From Callorhinchus milii (lineage: Eukaryota): 64,000 bases of DNA. Below are positions 13,055 to 26,426 of the stretch, piece by piece. The stretch is from contig NW_024704743.1 of the NCBI RefSeq assembly GCF_018977255.1, forward strand, positions 95,420,001-95,484,000, in the 5' to 3' direction. Made by a program: the position numbers and the translations under genes. Under the pieces are notes generated by a model that was given only the letters and a program-made list of their open reading frames with translations, did no database searches and had not been told where the DNA came from. How positions within the stretch are numbered: position 1 is the first letter of the stretch; every line of letters begins with the position of its first letter.

Positions 13055-13448
13055 TTAAGCAAAAATGTAGATCTGAGCTGTTGACCAAACATGCAAAAGA
13101 GTGAAAGAGTGGAAAGTGGAAATGAGCACATTGACAAAAAAAATTGCTCTTGACATAATAATAATAATCCTTATGTTTGATATAGTGCCTTTCAAGTCAG
13201 GAGGTTGTCTCAAAACTTCAAAGGATATATTTTTGGCTGATGCACAGAAATCGATGCACAGCATGCAAAATGTTCAGCGCCTTGGGACGTCCTCCTGACA
13301 TGAAAGGTGCTATACAAATGGAATTTTTTGTTACTGTCGTAAAAACCTGCTATGACAATAGTGGGGGTACTGTGGTAACTTGTGTAAAAGTCTGACAAAG
13401 TTCCAGTACTGAAACAGTGACAAAGCTGAGGAGAAGATGTGAACTCAC

Positions 13449-13554
13449 CATCTCGGTTAGTGTCCATTTGTCTGAAGATTTTTTCTGTCCTTTTTTCAGG
13501 TGTGGACTCATCTTCTGGCATCTTCATCACTGAAGAAACCATCTTGTAGATTGC
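13449..13554 (-). CDS. NCALD: Neurocalcin-delta, second coding exon ([35 protein letters not shown])
   Basis: atacag acceptor and G|gtgagt donor; 106 nt; phases 0 and 1 match both neighbouring exons. Confidence 0.97.
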
Positions 13555-13739
13555 CTGTATAAGATTAGAGGTATATCAGGCAATTCTTAGGTATATAAAT
13601 AAATTATTTCAGTATCAGCGCTCACTGTATGCGTTCAGCTATGCCTGGTGTCTTGGGTCCAACAGTATGAACTTGATTACTTGGCTGGGGAAAGCATGGT
13701 TTTCACTTCTCCTCAGCAGGACAACCCTGGAACACAAAT

Positions 13740-14870
13740 ATTGAGCAAACAACATGCATTCAAGACATCTCTAGGGTCTAGAATTTAGATAATACTCACC
13801 CAGCCTCAATACACATTGCTCAAGTTTCTTTTTATATAACTGAAACCCGGCATGCCTGGTAACATGCTAGTGAGCCACCTTTTCCATTGCTTTGATATCA
13901 ACAACAACAATAACTTGCATTTATATAGCACCCCAGGGTATATCTGGATGAGTATTATCCCCCTAACTATATACATTAATCTAACCATGAGGACTCCAAC
14001 TACAACTAAGGTCTTGTACAAGTTCAACATTGCTGCTTGCTTTTGTTTTCTCACCCTCTTCTAAGATATAAATCCAATGATTCAATTTGCTTTTCTATGA
14101 TAATATCTAATCTTTAATGAGCTTTGTATGTGCACAGCAAGGGTCCCTGTACTCTATTTAAAATTACAAAAGGTTGTAAGATGTATTCCTTTTCTTATTC
14201 TTACTCGTAAAATATGCTACCTCACATTTTGCAACATTGATCTTCAACTGCCATCTATCTGCCCACCCTGCCAGCCTATCCCTGTCCGCCTGCAGTCTTT
14301 CACATTGCTTGTGACGTTTTCCATTCCCAAAGGGTGTCATCAGCAAAATTCAGTATCGTTCCCTCAATTGCTAAATCCAGGTCATGATTTTATATAGTAA
14401 ATGAGAACAGCACCAATACAGAATTCTGTGGAATGCCATTCACGAAATGTGTCCAGTCTGGGAAGCTTCCTTTCACTCCGACTCGTTCCTTTTTGTTCTC
14501 AAAATGTCTCTATCCCTCTACCCCATTTCCATTCATTCCATGCACCATTACATTTGACATAAACCTCTTATGTGGTACCTTATCGAATGCTTTTTGAAAA
14601 TCCGTATCAGCCACATGTACTGCATTTGCTTTATCTATCCTCTTTGTTATTTCTTCAAAGACTTCTATTAAGTTGTTCAAGCGATTCCTTGCCATTTCGG
14701 AATTTGTGCTGACTGGCTCTGATTTGCTTGTTTTTCCCTGAAAGTGCTCCATTATTTCATCCCCTATTGTAAGATTCTGTATTATAAACCTCTAGCAGTT
14801 TGGTCTATAGTTTCCTGGCCTATCCTTCTTGCCCTGAGGTGTGCTACATTTGGCATCATTCTGTCCTCTG
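13740..14870 (-). mobile_element. Decayed CR1 LINE ORF2 (reverse transcriptase) fragment
   Basis: Minus-frame peptides PGNYRP, DFQKAFDKVPHKR, LQADRDRLAGWADRWQLKINVAKC and LNLYKTLV, with frameshifts. A short L2 tail is inserted near 13899-13940. Confidence 0.85.
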
Positions 14871-15681
14871 GCAATAAAAACATATTTTACCCAAATATGG
14901 GCTAATTCGTAAAAGATACATTTAGCTAGGATTGCAGTTAGTTTTTTAGGCTCGGGGAGCAGTAATTTTGGCCCTCTTAGATAGCTCAACCTTAATATTA
15001 AACAAAAAAAATTAAGCCCAATGTGGGGCCTAAAATTTACCAAATAGGATAATAAAAATAATAATAATCCTTGCATTTGATATAGCTCCTTTCACGTCGG
15101 GAGTACGTCTCAAAGGACTTAACAGGATTTATTATAAAGTGTAGTGGCTGTGTATTTCATGGGCAAACGATTGCTTGCCTCAAGGGGCAAATTACTTATT
15201 TACAAAAGGGCAACCCTGGTGGTGTTGCTAACAGCGTCCTTAAAAATAAAGGAAAGCTTTAGGAAAGCCATAACACTTTGCTTCAAATATTACCGTAACA
15301 AAACTAGTCTGAGTGCTTGAGTAGATTTAGTGCTATAACATCCCAAATATTGGAAATGTTAGAGATGGGGGTGGAGTCTGCACAGTGGGTGAGGAGAAAC
15401 AGCAGGAAGCTGTCCTCTCATGTGTCCTCTAATGAATGCAGTGGGGAAACAACTAAACATCCCCCCTTGGGAATGGGGAGTTCCGGAGAACCAGCAGCCT
15501 ATGACTGAATGGTGTGTTCTGGGGAGCGCCCATTGGGAGGCATAAAGGTAACTATTGATTATTAATCAGTTAATAACCCCAAATCCCCTCCCTTGTTACA
15601 GTATTCTTTCTCAGAATACATTGACCTGAAAAGGTGTAGTCAGTGCATAAGCTTGGGTCTCTATAGGCATGCCGGCACAGT

Positions 15682-16225
15682 AACAACTTGCATTTATACA
15701 GCAGCCTTCACGCCAGATAGCACGTTGGGAACACTTAACAGTAGCAAAGCCTGATCCGGAGCCAAGGGGAGGGGGAAGGTGACCGTAGGCACAGTCGAAG
15801 AGGAAGATCTTCAAACGCAACCTGAAAATGGGGAGAGTGGGGGCAAAAGCAAAGGGATTGAGGAAGAGAGTTCCACAGCTTCGGGGCTTAGTGGCTGAAG
15901 GCACAGCCGGTGATGGTGGGGAGGGAGAGTCCAGGGGGCAATGAGGAGGCCGGAGCCAGTCGAGCGGAGGCAGCAGGCAGTGGTTTAGGGAGAAAGCAGG
16001 TTGGAGAGATAGGGGGCTGTCAGGGCGTGAAGGAATTTAAATATACAATTTAAATATAAATTAAATATCTGAAATGCTGTACTCTGTCCGTTATACAAAT
16101 GTAATCTTGCTGTTGTATACGAGTGAGGATCTTGAAATCAATCCGCTCTGTGATAGGGAGCCAATGGAGTTTGGCAACTGGGGTAATGGAGGTACTAAGT
16201 TTAGTGCAGGTGAGAATGCGGGCGG
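15682..16225 (-). mobile_element. L2 LINE 3' fragment
   Basis: Peptides SATKPRSCGTL / FRLRLKIFLFDCAYG and a caacttgcattt tail; homologous to 17684-18312. Confidence 0.8.
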
Positions 16226-16440
16226 ACGGTATTTAAGGTATTAAATTAATCTTTGATGACTATTTCCTGCAAGAAAATATACAGGAAAATACAGAAATCA
16301 ATATGCTGAAAAAAATCAGGTCACAATGTGAGAGTACTGGGAACAGTGAGGTGTGACACAGGTTCATCACTATAAATACAGATCTCTTCACCATGTCTTT
16401 ATATAATAGAATTTCTCCTTACAAAGAAAAAAAAGTTATA

Positions 16441-16600
16441 CAGTAAACTCTTGATAACTTGTCATTTCATGGGAGAAGGGCTCAGTGATGAGTCATCCAG
16501 AGTGATGAGTTAGGCATATCTATAAATACATAAACATGTACATAAATGCATTAATAAATGCGGCCAGGATATTGAAAGTATGATGATTTAAGTTGGCGGG
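16441..16600. mobile_element. Tigger/pogo-like MITE, partial
   Basis: TA|cagtaaactcttgataact terminus; internal similarity to 41324-41471 and 59901-60120. Confidence 0.6.
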
Positions 16601-17170
16601 AAAAATTTGAAGGTTCCGTCCTTTGGATCAGACTTAAAGCACAGTCTGCCTGTTCAGGTGGATGTTAAAGATCCCAAGATACTATTCGAAAGGAGTTTCT
16701 CCTGGTGTACTAGCCAACAACTCTCCAGATGAAGTTGGTCATTCACTTCACGATTGTTTGTGGGACATATTGGTGTGCAAATTGGTAGCCATGGGATTTG
16801 CTTACACATAAAATGTCATTATACTTAACAGTGACTCCTATGAAGCGCTCTTAGACATCTCGATGACATGACAGGTACTACATCAAATACAAGGATTATT
16901 TCTATTATTATTTTCTCTTTTTACATTTCAGGTTTTTTTTCCTATGAATCTACAGTCCAGCAACTGGCTGCTGTCCCAACAACTTGGTCACTCAATCCAT
17001 GACTGTTTGTGGGACACTACTGTGTGCAATTGGCTGCCGTGTTTCACCCATAAAAATATGCAGTCAATACACTTTACAGTATATTCTGTGAAGTGCTTTG
17101 TGACATCTCAACGAGGTGATAAGAAGCTATATCAAATACAAGGATCATTCTTATTAATCTTATTATTATT
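16600..17170 (+). mobile_element. Older Deu-SINE followed by the 3' half of a young SINE
   Basis: ctgttcaggtggatgttaaagatccc core, two successive gtttgtgggaca domains and two caaggattatt-type tails. Confidence 0.7.
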
Positions 17171-17683
17171 GGCTGAGACAGTGGGCCCTGTATAGAGCAA
17201 AATCAAAAATTCTAAATTGAACAAAAAGCAGAACAAGCTACTGACAAGTAGGTCATTTCTAATAGCTTTACTGCGGATCCCAAATCTGAAGTATGGTTAC
17301 AGCTCAGTACTTAACATGGGGTTTAAAGCAAACATCTGTCTGAAAGAAGCCACAGTTCTCTTGCTTGCGATTGTATGGTTTGCTACAACATTAGTTTGGC
17401 AAACAAACAATCTTTATTCCCGATGGCAAGTCAAATTATATCACGTAATCTGTCCATCTGCTTTAATAGCCTACTCCAGCCACTGTGACTGCAATTCAAA
17501 TAAGCTTTTGGTCAAACAACGAGTTTACTAAACTTTCCTGGCACATAGCCTTACACAAACTACATCTTTACGTCATCAAGATCTGTTGATTCTAACTTCC
17601 TCCTAGAGTAATACCAAATGCAAGTATTATTATTATTATAACCCTCCTTATAGTTCTTTCTGAGGCTAAATTACAGTCAGTGC

Positions 17684-18312
17684 AACAACAACAACTTGCA
17701 CTTACATAGCGCCCTCCATGCAGGGCGGTGTCTCAGAGCATTTAACAATGGTGGAGCCCAAGGCCAAGCCAGGGGGAGGGGGAAGGTTACCGTAGGCGCG
17801 GTCGAAAAGGAAAGTCTTCAAGCCCGACCTGAAGATGGGGAAGGAGGGGGCGAGGCGAAGGGGTTGAGGGAGGGAGTTCCAAAGTTTCGGGGCATAGTGG
17901 CTGAAGATATGGCCACCGATGGTGGAGCAGAGGATTCGTGGGACGCGGTGGAGGCCGGTCCCAATAGAGCAGAGGCAGCGGGTACTGCTGTGGAGAGAGA
18001 GGTTAGAGAGATGGAGGGGGTGCCAAGAATGGAGGGATTTAAACACTAGAGTGAGAATCTTGAAGTCAATCCGCTCTGTGATAGGAAGCCAGCGGAGTTT
18101 GGCAAGGACTGGGGTAATCGGGGTGTGGAGTTTGGTGCGGGTGAGAATGCAGGTGGCGGAGTTTTGAATGAGCTGAATTTTGTGAACAGTGGAGGAGGAG
18201 AGACCGGTGAGGAGGGCGTTAGGGTAGTCCAGCCAAGAGATGGACAAGGGTTTCGTCAGCTATGGTGAGGAATTGTCGGAGACGGGCAATGTGGTGAAGG
18301 TGGAAGAAAGCA
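17684..18312 (-). mobile_element. L2 LINE ORF2 C-terminus and 3' tail
   Basis: ORF 17702-18247 reads LDYPNALL...IQLIQNSA..LT...ITPVLAKLRWLPITERIDFKIL...APKLWNSLP...FRSGLKTFLF; (CAA)n tail at 17684. Confidence 0.92.
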
Positions 18313-19050
18313 GTTAAGTGCTCCGAGTTAATTGTTACAGTGAATATTGTTAATTGTTATGCTACAGTGCATGAAGAGCGCTAATATAAATGTTGTTGTT
18401 AAGTGTAGTGACTGTGCATTGATAGTCAAACTCAGCAGCAACACAACAATGTACCATAAGCGATCAGCAGGTAAATGTTCAGTTTATCTGGGAGATTGTC
18501 AGGCACGACACCAGGCCAACTCCCTTCTCTTTTCCGCTACTGCTATTGAATCTTTAATGTCCACCTAAAGAGGCAGACGGGATTTTGGAACATTTATTAT
18601 TATTACATATTTGATGGTTTGTTAGTCGAGGACCATTATTTTACACTCATCTTTGGCAACAGGATCTGCAACATAATTAACCTGGGGGGGAAACATGTTT
18701 GGCAAATCAGGGATGTCAGTGATGTGAAAAGGGATGAGGGATGTCAGTGATTTCATCAAGCGCTAAATGTGCAGATGAGACATCGTTTTAACTTCTCATC
18801 CAAAGGATGGCATTTCCAACAATGCACTGCAATAAGCCTAGACTGTGAGCTCAAAGTCCCAACCAGGGGCTTAAATCCACAACCTTCTGATCAAAAAGCT
18901 ACCAACTGAGCCAGGTTCAGATGACGCGTTGACTAATGACCCACCTAGCTCATCGGCCATGCATTTTGTGTGTGCGTGTGTGTACTTGGGGGTTGGGGGT
19001 GAACAGAAAGACAAGGAAACAAAAAGGACACATTGTCATCAAATCATTCA

Positions 19051-19488
<438 letters not shown>

Positions 19489-19549
19489 TCATTAAAAAGT
19501 ACATTGTATTCTGCGTCAGATTCTAGCGTAGCTAAATTAGAATCAATGT

Positions 19550-19750
19550 CTTTAAGTTACCAAAGGAGCTTGACAAGGTAAATAGAGAAAATCTATTTCT
19601 TTTGACTGGGGAATCAAAGACAAAGGGCACAGAATCTGGATTATTAGCAGATAAATCAAGGTGAGAGGCGAGAAGGAATTTCTTCGCTCAGAGGGTTATT
19701 GGGGATTGGAATTCATTATTACAAGCGACTATTGACCCTGGAATAATAGA
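19550..19750 (+). mobile_element. CR1 3' fragment, decayed
   Basis: gacaaggtaaatagagaaaatctattt...aagggcac...ggaatttcttcgctcagagggtt...tggaattc is a typical CR1 ORF2 end. Confidence 0.65.
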
Positions 19751-19803
19751 ATCATTAACAACAACAACTTGCATTTATATAGCATCCCTCACACAGGGTA
19801 GCG

Positions 19804-21972
19804 TCCCACCCTTCCCTTCCTGAAATAACTACCACACAAGATCAGAAGATTGGTTTGAATGAAGAAGACCCTTTGGCCCTTCTGATCCCTCCAAAACAGC
19901 ACTCTACTGTCTTCCCACCCCATCAAGCTATTTTTAAAATGAGTCCAGTGCGCTGGACTTCTCCTTTGCATTCTTTTGTGGTCCTGGAGGAGGCATTTAA
20001 GTGTTGCTTCATAGGATACTGACCTAAGTAACATATTGTGGAGACTGTGTTTGGAACACAACAGGAGCAGTAAAACCTTAAAGGATATGGAGAAAGTGCT
20101 GAAAAATGAGATTAATAATAAAAGGTGAAAATGCAGTAATACTGGCACAGAGACAACCTGCTGAAAAGCCTCATTCTGTGCTGAAACTGTCCATGGGATA
20201 ATACTGTACCTGTATTTATTGCTGTGGAGTGACAAAGTAATACTGTTGTAAACCAGCAGATGGCAGCACCCCATCCCCACAAGGAAGGGGTTTGTTCCTT
20301 AATAGGTCCAAGCACTATCTTGTTTGACTATGACTCAAGTGATTTTTTGGGGGAAAATCTTTTTCTCTATATCCGGGTATTTTAAAGACTTGTTACCCAG
20401 TATTCATCTGTTTAGGATGACTTTTCACGGGTAAAAATTACCTATTAACAATCGGCCCAGGGGCCAATTTGTAACATAGCAAATGTTAATAATAATAATT
20501 CTTGCATTTGATTTTGTGCCTTATTCTATTGTTGAAATGTTTCAAAGCATCATAACAGAATTACCGTAAAGTATAATGACTGTATTTTCTAGCAACATGG
20601 CAGCAAATTTGTTCACAGAAATGTCCCACAAACAGCCATGAAGTGAATGAAGTGAATGAGCAATTTCAGGATTCTTCCTTCCAGGGAGAAACTTCCTTCT
20701 CTTTTCGAATACTGCTGTGGGATCATTAACATCCACTTGAATAGGCAGATGGGACCTTGGTTTAACTTTGTATCAGAAGGATGGCACCTCGGACAACACA
20801 GTGCTCTCCCAGCACTGGACTGGTGTGTCAGCCTAGATTATGAGTTCAAAGTCTGGATAAGGGGCTTGAAATCACAATTTTCTGACTCAAGAGGTGAAAG
20901 TGCTATCAACTGAACCAGATTGACACCTTTGACTAAAATAAAGAGGTTAAGAATAAGACTGTCTGTTTTGCCCGAACTCAACATCGACTCACAGCAGCAG
21001 AGTGATGTTGAACTGCCACATGAAGTACTGTTTCATGTGAATCACAATCTCCAACAAGTATTCTGCACTCTTCACAGCAAAGGTAATAATGTTTTCTGAC
21101 TTGAGCTGCATCACCAATTAAGCAACAATTACACTTAATCTTAAACTGTTGGAGCATCAAGTCTCTCCCACCAGTCCATCCATTCCCATCTTAAAGATGC
21201 ATTCAGTACAAATCTGAATGCATCTTAACTTAACCGAAGGATTTCAGGCAGCAAAGATGGGGGTATTCAAACCACAATCTTTAATCAAATTAAAACTAGC
21301 TTAACTTAAACCTACAGCTGTTCCCTCATCCTCTTCTATCTAAGCCCTATATGTTGTGGAGAAAATCAGCATCCTCAAAACACTGCCACATGTAACCTCA
21401 GTGGACATGTTGCACTGTAATACTTTGTGCTTGGCCAAGAGTCAAAACTAAATGTTAATCCACCTTCTGGGACAATCAAGAGAAATGCAGAAGCAATCTT
21501 ACCACAATGGGTTTCTTCCACAGTTCAGCTATCAGTTAGGAACAGGAACAGTTTAGAGAACCGATATTAATTTTCAATTGTCTTTAATATTGTACTTGTC
21601 AATAATGAGATAAGATTTATAGATTTCATAATGCTTTTAATGTGATACTGTATTCAGATAGAACACATTTATGAAACGCTACAAATATGGAGTCATCCCG
21701 AATCCCACCCTTCCCTTCCAGAAATAACTCCCGCACAAGATCAGAAGTTTGGTTTGGATGAAGAAGACCCTTTGGCCCATCTGATCCTTCCAAAACAGGC
21801 ACCCTACCGTCCTACCATCACACAATCAAGCTATTTTTAAAATGAGTCCAGTGCGCTGGACTTCTCCTTTACATTGGAACCAAGTTTCTTTTGTGGTCCT
21901 GGAGGAGGCATTTAAGTGCTGCTTCATAGGATACTGACCTAAGTAACAAATTGTGGAGACTGTGTTTGGAAC
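19804..21972 (+). repeat. Local direct duplication of about 255-270 bp (19804-20057 and 21703-21972)
   Basis: Both copies run tcccacccttcccttcc...gaagaagaccctttggccc...atcaagctatttttaaaatgagtccagtgcgctggacttctccttt...ttgtggagactgtgtttggaac, with scattered substitutions and small indels. Confidence 0.92.
20488..20927 (-). mobile_element. Near full-length older Deu-domain SINE
   Basis: Minus-strand head tcagttgatagcactttcacctcttgagtcagaa, Deu core and (TTA)n tail. Confidence 0.8.
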
Positions 21973-21987
21973 TAACTCAGAGACTGA

Positions 21988-22246
21988 ATGGGCAGGACTT
22001 CAGCCACTCTGCCCCCACTCTGGAACTCCATTCCGCAGTCCCTCCGCCTTGTCCCCTCTCTTGCCTCCTTCAAGACCCATCTCAAGACCCTCCTCTTCAA
22101 CCGTGCTTTCGATCACCATCCTTCCCCCTTGCTCTCCACCCTTCCCAATCCCGACCCCCAGCTCGGGTCCGAAACACTGACTGTCAATGTCTTGGGACAT
22201 CCTTCCAATGTGAAAAGCACTTTACAAATGTCACTTTGTTGTTGTT
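21988..22246 (+). mobile_element. L2 LINE 3' end
   Basis: LWNSIPQSLRL..SLASFKTHLKTLLF and a ttgttgttg tail. Confidence 0.88.
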
Positions 22247-23744
22247 AATATTGTTCTTACACTTCACAACAAAACTCTAGGATGTCTTAAAACTGATGTA
22301 GTATTAATATCAGCACAAAATACACTAAGCTGGATTTCTTATGAAATATACCCACTGCTGAAAGGAGAATGGTAGCTCAGTTGACTAGTGGTACGGTATT
22401 TAATACCATGTAGTTATCAGGACAGCTATAACAGGAGGTGCGAGGCCCACAGAGCTTGAATGAGTTATTCAGTGTTAGCAAAGCCATGATGTGGGGAGGG
22501 ATGTGATATGAAGCAATAATAATTCTTGCATTTGATATATCGCCTTATCACATTGTCCAGATGTCTCAAAACACTTCACAGGATTTTATTGTGCAGCACT
22601 CTCCATCCAGCAGACATTCTATATAATCTGTTGGCTCTGTGTAGTAACCTTTACTGGTTAGGGCCTTGTAGGACTGGGTTCAGGATTGCAGCTGACACAG
22701 TACTATGAGTGATTGGCATGCACTAACATCTCCAGAGTAAGATTATGGGCACTGTAACAATGTTAGAAGTGATCAGATCACACAATGTTTGAATGAGATG
22801 ATGAAGCCAAAGTTCAGGGAACGTCTCAGTTGTTCCAGTAGAACTTGGATAGAGTCCACTTCAACTAATGTGCACTCACCACAAGGACATGTTCACAAAT
22901 GTCTCCGAATTGCTTTTCAGAAGCTGCAGTGATGGAGAGATTACAAAGCACCAATAAAGCCTACAACAATGTGGATTTCAAATGATATAAATTATGATCA
23001 GTAATGATATAATTGACCAAGAATGATTAGGTTGCCATAATGTTTTGCAACCTTAAGAAAGAGAACAAGATGACTTAAAGCGCGGTCAAATAGGTATCAT
23101 TTAGCCATTCAAGCTAAATTTAGTCCATTATTCAATGCTGGTAAACTGACAAAAAATCATTGCAGATACATATGTTAAAGTCAAATGAAATGAGAGTTTC
23201 TGTTGGCAGGTAAGAGCTCCTTCCTATTGCCTGCCTTGGGACAGGCCACTTCACTAGTTTGACCATAAATCTGTCAGCAAACCCAGGTTGATATCAACAT
23301 TATCAATACTTGCTTGTTGCACTTCTCTAACTCGCTTTAATGTCTTTTTCTTTCTCGGCCTTCCAGACTGAGGAGGGAAGCATAAGGGTGGTCATTAGAG
23401 GAGTGACCACATTGTACCACCATGGGGATGGGTAGGTTTGTGCAACTTTCTTGCATCAACACAAAGAGATAAAGTGGATGGCAGAGAGTTTAAATCACAG
23501 AACAGTTAACCATTGTGTCCAGTGCTGTCAGAAGAGAGACTGTCAATAGTCACTTAATTTGATAAAGTGCGGCCAGATTGGGAGAATGGGAGCAAGGATA
23601 CTTCTCACTCAGTTCCTGTTAATCCTGAAAGCGAAAGCCCTAACAGGTAGGGTATATCTAGGCGTACAAGCAGCAGGAATCTTCCCAGGCAGCGCATTCA
23701 ATGACAAGCCGTTGTTTTAACTGGTTAGACTTCCTGCCCAATTA

Positions 23745-25098
23745 GACTAGGTTTCCACCCGGCCTACAGCACAAAGACAGCGCTTGTCTAAGTCACAAAC
23801 GACGCCCTCCCTATCTGTGACCAGGGCTCCCTCTGCCTCCTCGTCCTCCTGGATCTCTCTGCAGGGTTCGACACAGTCGAACTCTCCTCCCTCATCCACC
23901 TTAGTGGGACCACACTCGCATGTTTCGAGTCCTACTTAACCAACTGCCTCTACTTCATTTCGGTAAATGGCTTCTCCGCTCACCCTCGCCCAGTACCCCA
24001 GGACTCCATCCTCAGCCCCCTTCTATTCTACATCTATATGCTCCCTCTGGGTGATGTCATCTGCAGACACGGGATAAAGTTTCACATGTATGCGGATGAC
24101 ACTCAAATCTACTTTGCCTCCTCCAGCATCGACTCCAGGTCCACCAATATTCTGAAACAAATACAGAAGACGCTGGGAACACTCAGCAGGTCAGGCAGCA
24201 TCTATGGAGAAAGGAAAGTGAGTCAATGTTTCGGGTCCACGAACCTTCATCAGAACCAATATTAGCTTGTCTGGCAGACATCAGGGCCTGGATGAGTGCA
24301 CACTTCCCGCAGCTGAATGTGGATAAGACAGAAGCCATATTCCTTGGTTCCTGTCAACGTCTTCACTCCTGCGGACCTGAACTCCTCAACCTGTCTGGGC
24401 TCCACCTCAGATCACCGAATCAGGGTGCAATCTAGGTGTCCGGTTCGACTCCCAGCTGTCCTTCCTTCCCCATATCTAGTCCCTGACCAGGACCGCCACA
24501 TTGCCCGCCTCTGACCGTACTTTACCCCAAATGCAGCCGAAATCCTCGTACAAGTTTGTCACTTCCCGCCTGGATTACTCAAATGCATTCCTCGCCGGTC
24601 TCCCCAGCTCCACTACTCAAAAANTCCAGCTTATTCAGAACTCTGCTACCCATATCCCCATCTCACCAATTCTGGCCAGGCTCCACTGGCTCCCCATCAC
24701 CGAACTGATCGACTTCAAGATCTTCACACTCGTGTTCAAACTCTTCACTCCCTGGCACCTCCCTACCTCTCCGATCTCCTCACTCCCCAATCCACCAACC
24801 AGCGCTTCAGCTCAACGGGCACCGGCCTCCTGCTTGTCCTTTCCACCCTCCGCTCCACCACTGGAAGTTGCACATTCAGCTACTGCGCCCCAAAGCTCTG
24901 GAACACTCTCCCTCAATCCCTCCGCCTTGCCCCCTCTCTCCCTTTTATCAAGTCCTGCCTGAAAATCTTCCTTTTTGACCGTGCTTACGGTCACCTCCCG
25001 CCTTTCCCAGCTCGGATTCAGGCCCCGCCACTGTTATCCGCTCTAAGATACTACCCTGCGTGGAGGAACATTGTGTAAGTGCTAGCTGTTGTTGTTGA
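23745..25098 (+). mobile_element. L2 LINE fragment, RT domain to 3' tail, with a 103-bp insert
   Basis: FHMYADDTQIY, QLNVDKTEA, SRLDYSNA, LHWLPI motifs with frameshifts; (TTG)n tail. Confidence 0.92.
24152..24254 (-). mobile_element. Penelope-like element terminal-repeat fragment with a minimal hammerhead-like motif
   Basis: Flanked by the 9-bp direct repeat accaatatt (24143-24151, 24255-24263). Minus strand reads CTGATGA AGGTTC GTG GACCC GAAAC ATT GACT...gatgctgcctgacctgctgag. Confidence 0.7.
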
Positions 25099-25415
25099 CT
25101 CCAGCAGTGCCCTAATGTACACTGTGGGGACCTCAAGCTTTGGCTCTTGGCAACCTACATCTAATACTCTAGAATTAGGTAAGTAGGCTGCATTCCTCCA
25201 GGAAGAGAATATACATTGCATTCAAGACACAGAGAAATTTCCATGAAGAGATGGCATACAAATGTGGATCTCTCAGTCTGGTTTGGATACTCTTTGAATA
25301 TGTGTGGGGATAGGTTTCCATATGTGTCAGACACCTAGCTGACCAAAATAAATAGCTGTCCACTGCCTCCTTATTCATCAATAATAAATGAGCAGGAAAG
25401 TGGATCAGATTAGAT

Positions 25416-25785
25416 TTCTGCAGCTTCATGGTTAGGGCACTTGCCTCACAAGCGAGAGGACCCGGGTTCGATTCCCGGCAGGGCAAAACGTTGGGTAAGT
25501 TTCCTTACTCCACACACCTGTTTACCTAGCAGTAAGTAGGAACCTAGTTGTTAGTCGATTGGCTGATCACTCTTCCGGGGATGATAATTCCTTCAAAATA
25601 AAACTAATTTGGTAACTCAATCCACGACTATTTGTGGGACACTGCTGTGCGAAATTGGCTGCCACGTTTCGCCCACAAAATATACAGTCAATTCACTTTA
25701 CAATATATTCTGTGAAGTGCTTTGAGACATCTCAAAGACGTGATAAGCTGCTATATCAAATGCAAGGATTAGTATTATTGTTATT
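25416..25785 (+). mobile_element. Young tRNA-derived SINE (long variant)
   Basis: Box B ggttcgattcc, extra ctgtttacctagcagtaagtaggaacc module, Deu-like core, L2-like tail. Confidence 0.85.
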
Positions 25786-26426
25786 AAGTTGTGGTAAAAT
25801 CCATCAATGCAGACTTAAATGGGTTGAATGGCCAGACTCTGTGCTGTAACATCCTATAATTGTTTGATGTAAACGATGAATGATGTTCCCCAATTCTATA
25901 TTGCACAAATCCCCACAAATCACAAAAAGAATTAACGGAGAGGTAGTTCTGCAAAAAATATAGTTCGAGGTGTAATGCTTATTCCATTTGCTCATCTTAC
26001 CAAAGGAGTTCAGAGCAAAGCTCCTGAGATTGTCTGACAAGGTGGCCATTTATCTGCTAGTTGGCGGATGGATAATAACAAAGATATATATTCCACAACC
26101 TATCAAGCAATACTTTGCTTGGTAATGGAGTTTCGGAAAGTTTTGTTTCCAAATAAAGTGAACTACTGTCTAGGTTTATTCAAATATTTAGTTCTCCCGC
26201 TATAGGGTATGCCAGAGCTCTCATATGTCGACACAGTGACATTTGTGTTTGATACCTGGGGAATGTGGTGACGGAAAGAATTTTGGAACTGTCACTTCTT
26301 GAGAAATACAGAATTCTACGACAACTCAAGATAAAAGCTTCAATGAAGTCTGATACTAGCCAGATCGAGTGCTAACTGAAGTCTGGTGGATACTGTATAA
26401 CAGCCTCAGGTTTACTGACTCAACAC

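Noticed and set aside
18709..18751. 15-bp direct repeat agggatgtcagtgat
   Set aside because: Only two copies; a simple slippage duplication, not an array.
19789..20280. 163-aa minus-strand ORF beginning MGMGCC
   Set aside because: No recognisable homology. It runs through the local duplication, whose second copy has indels and a stop.
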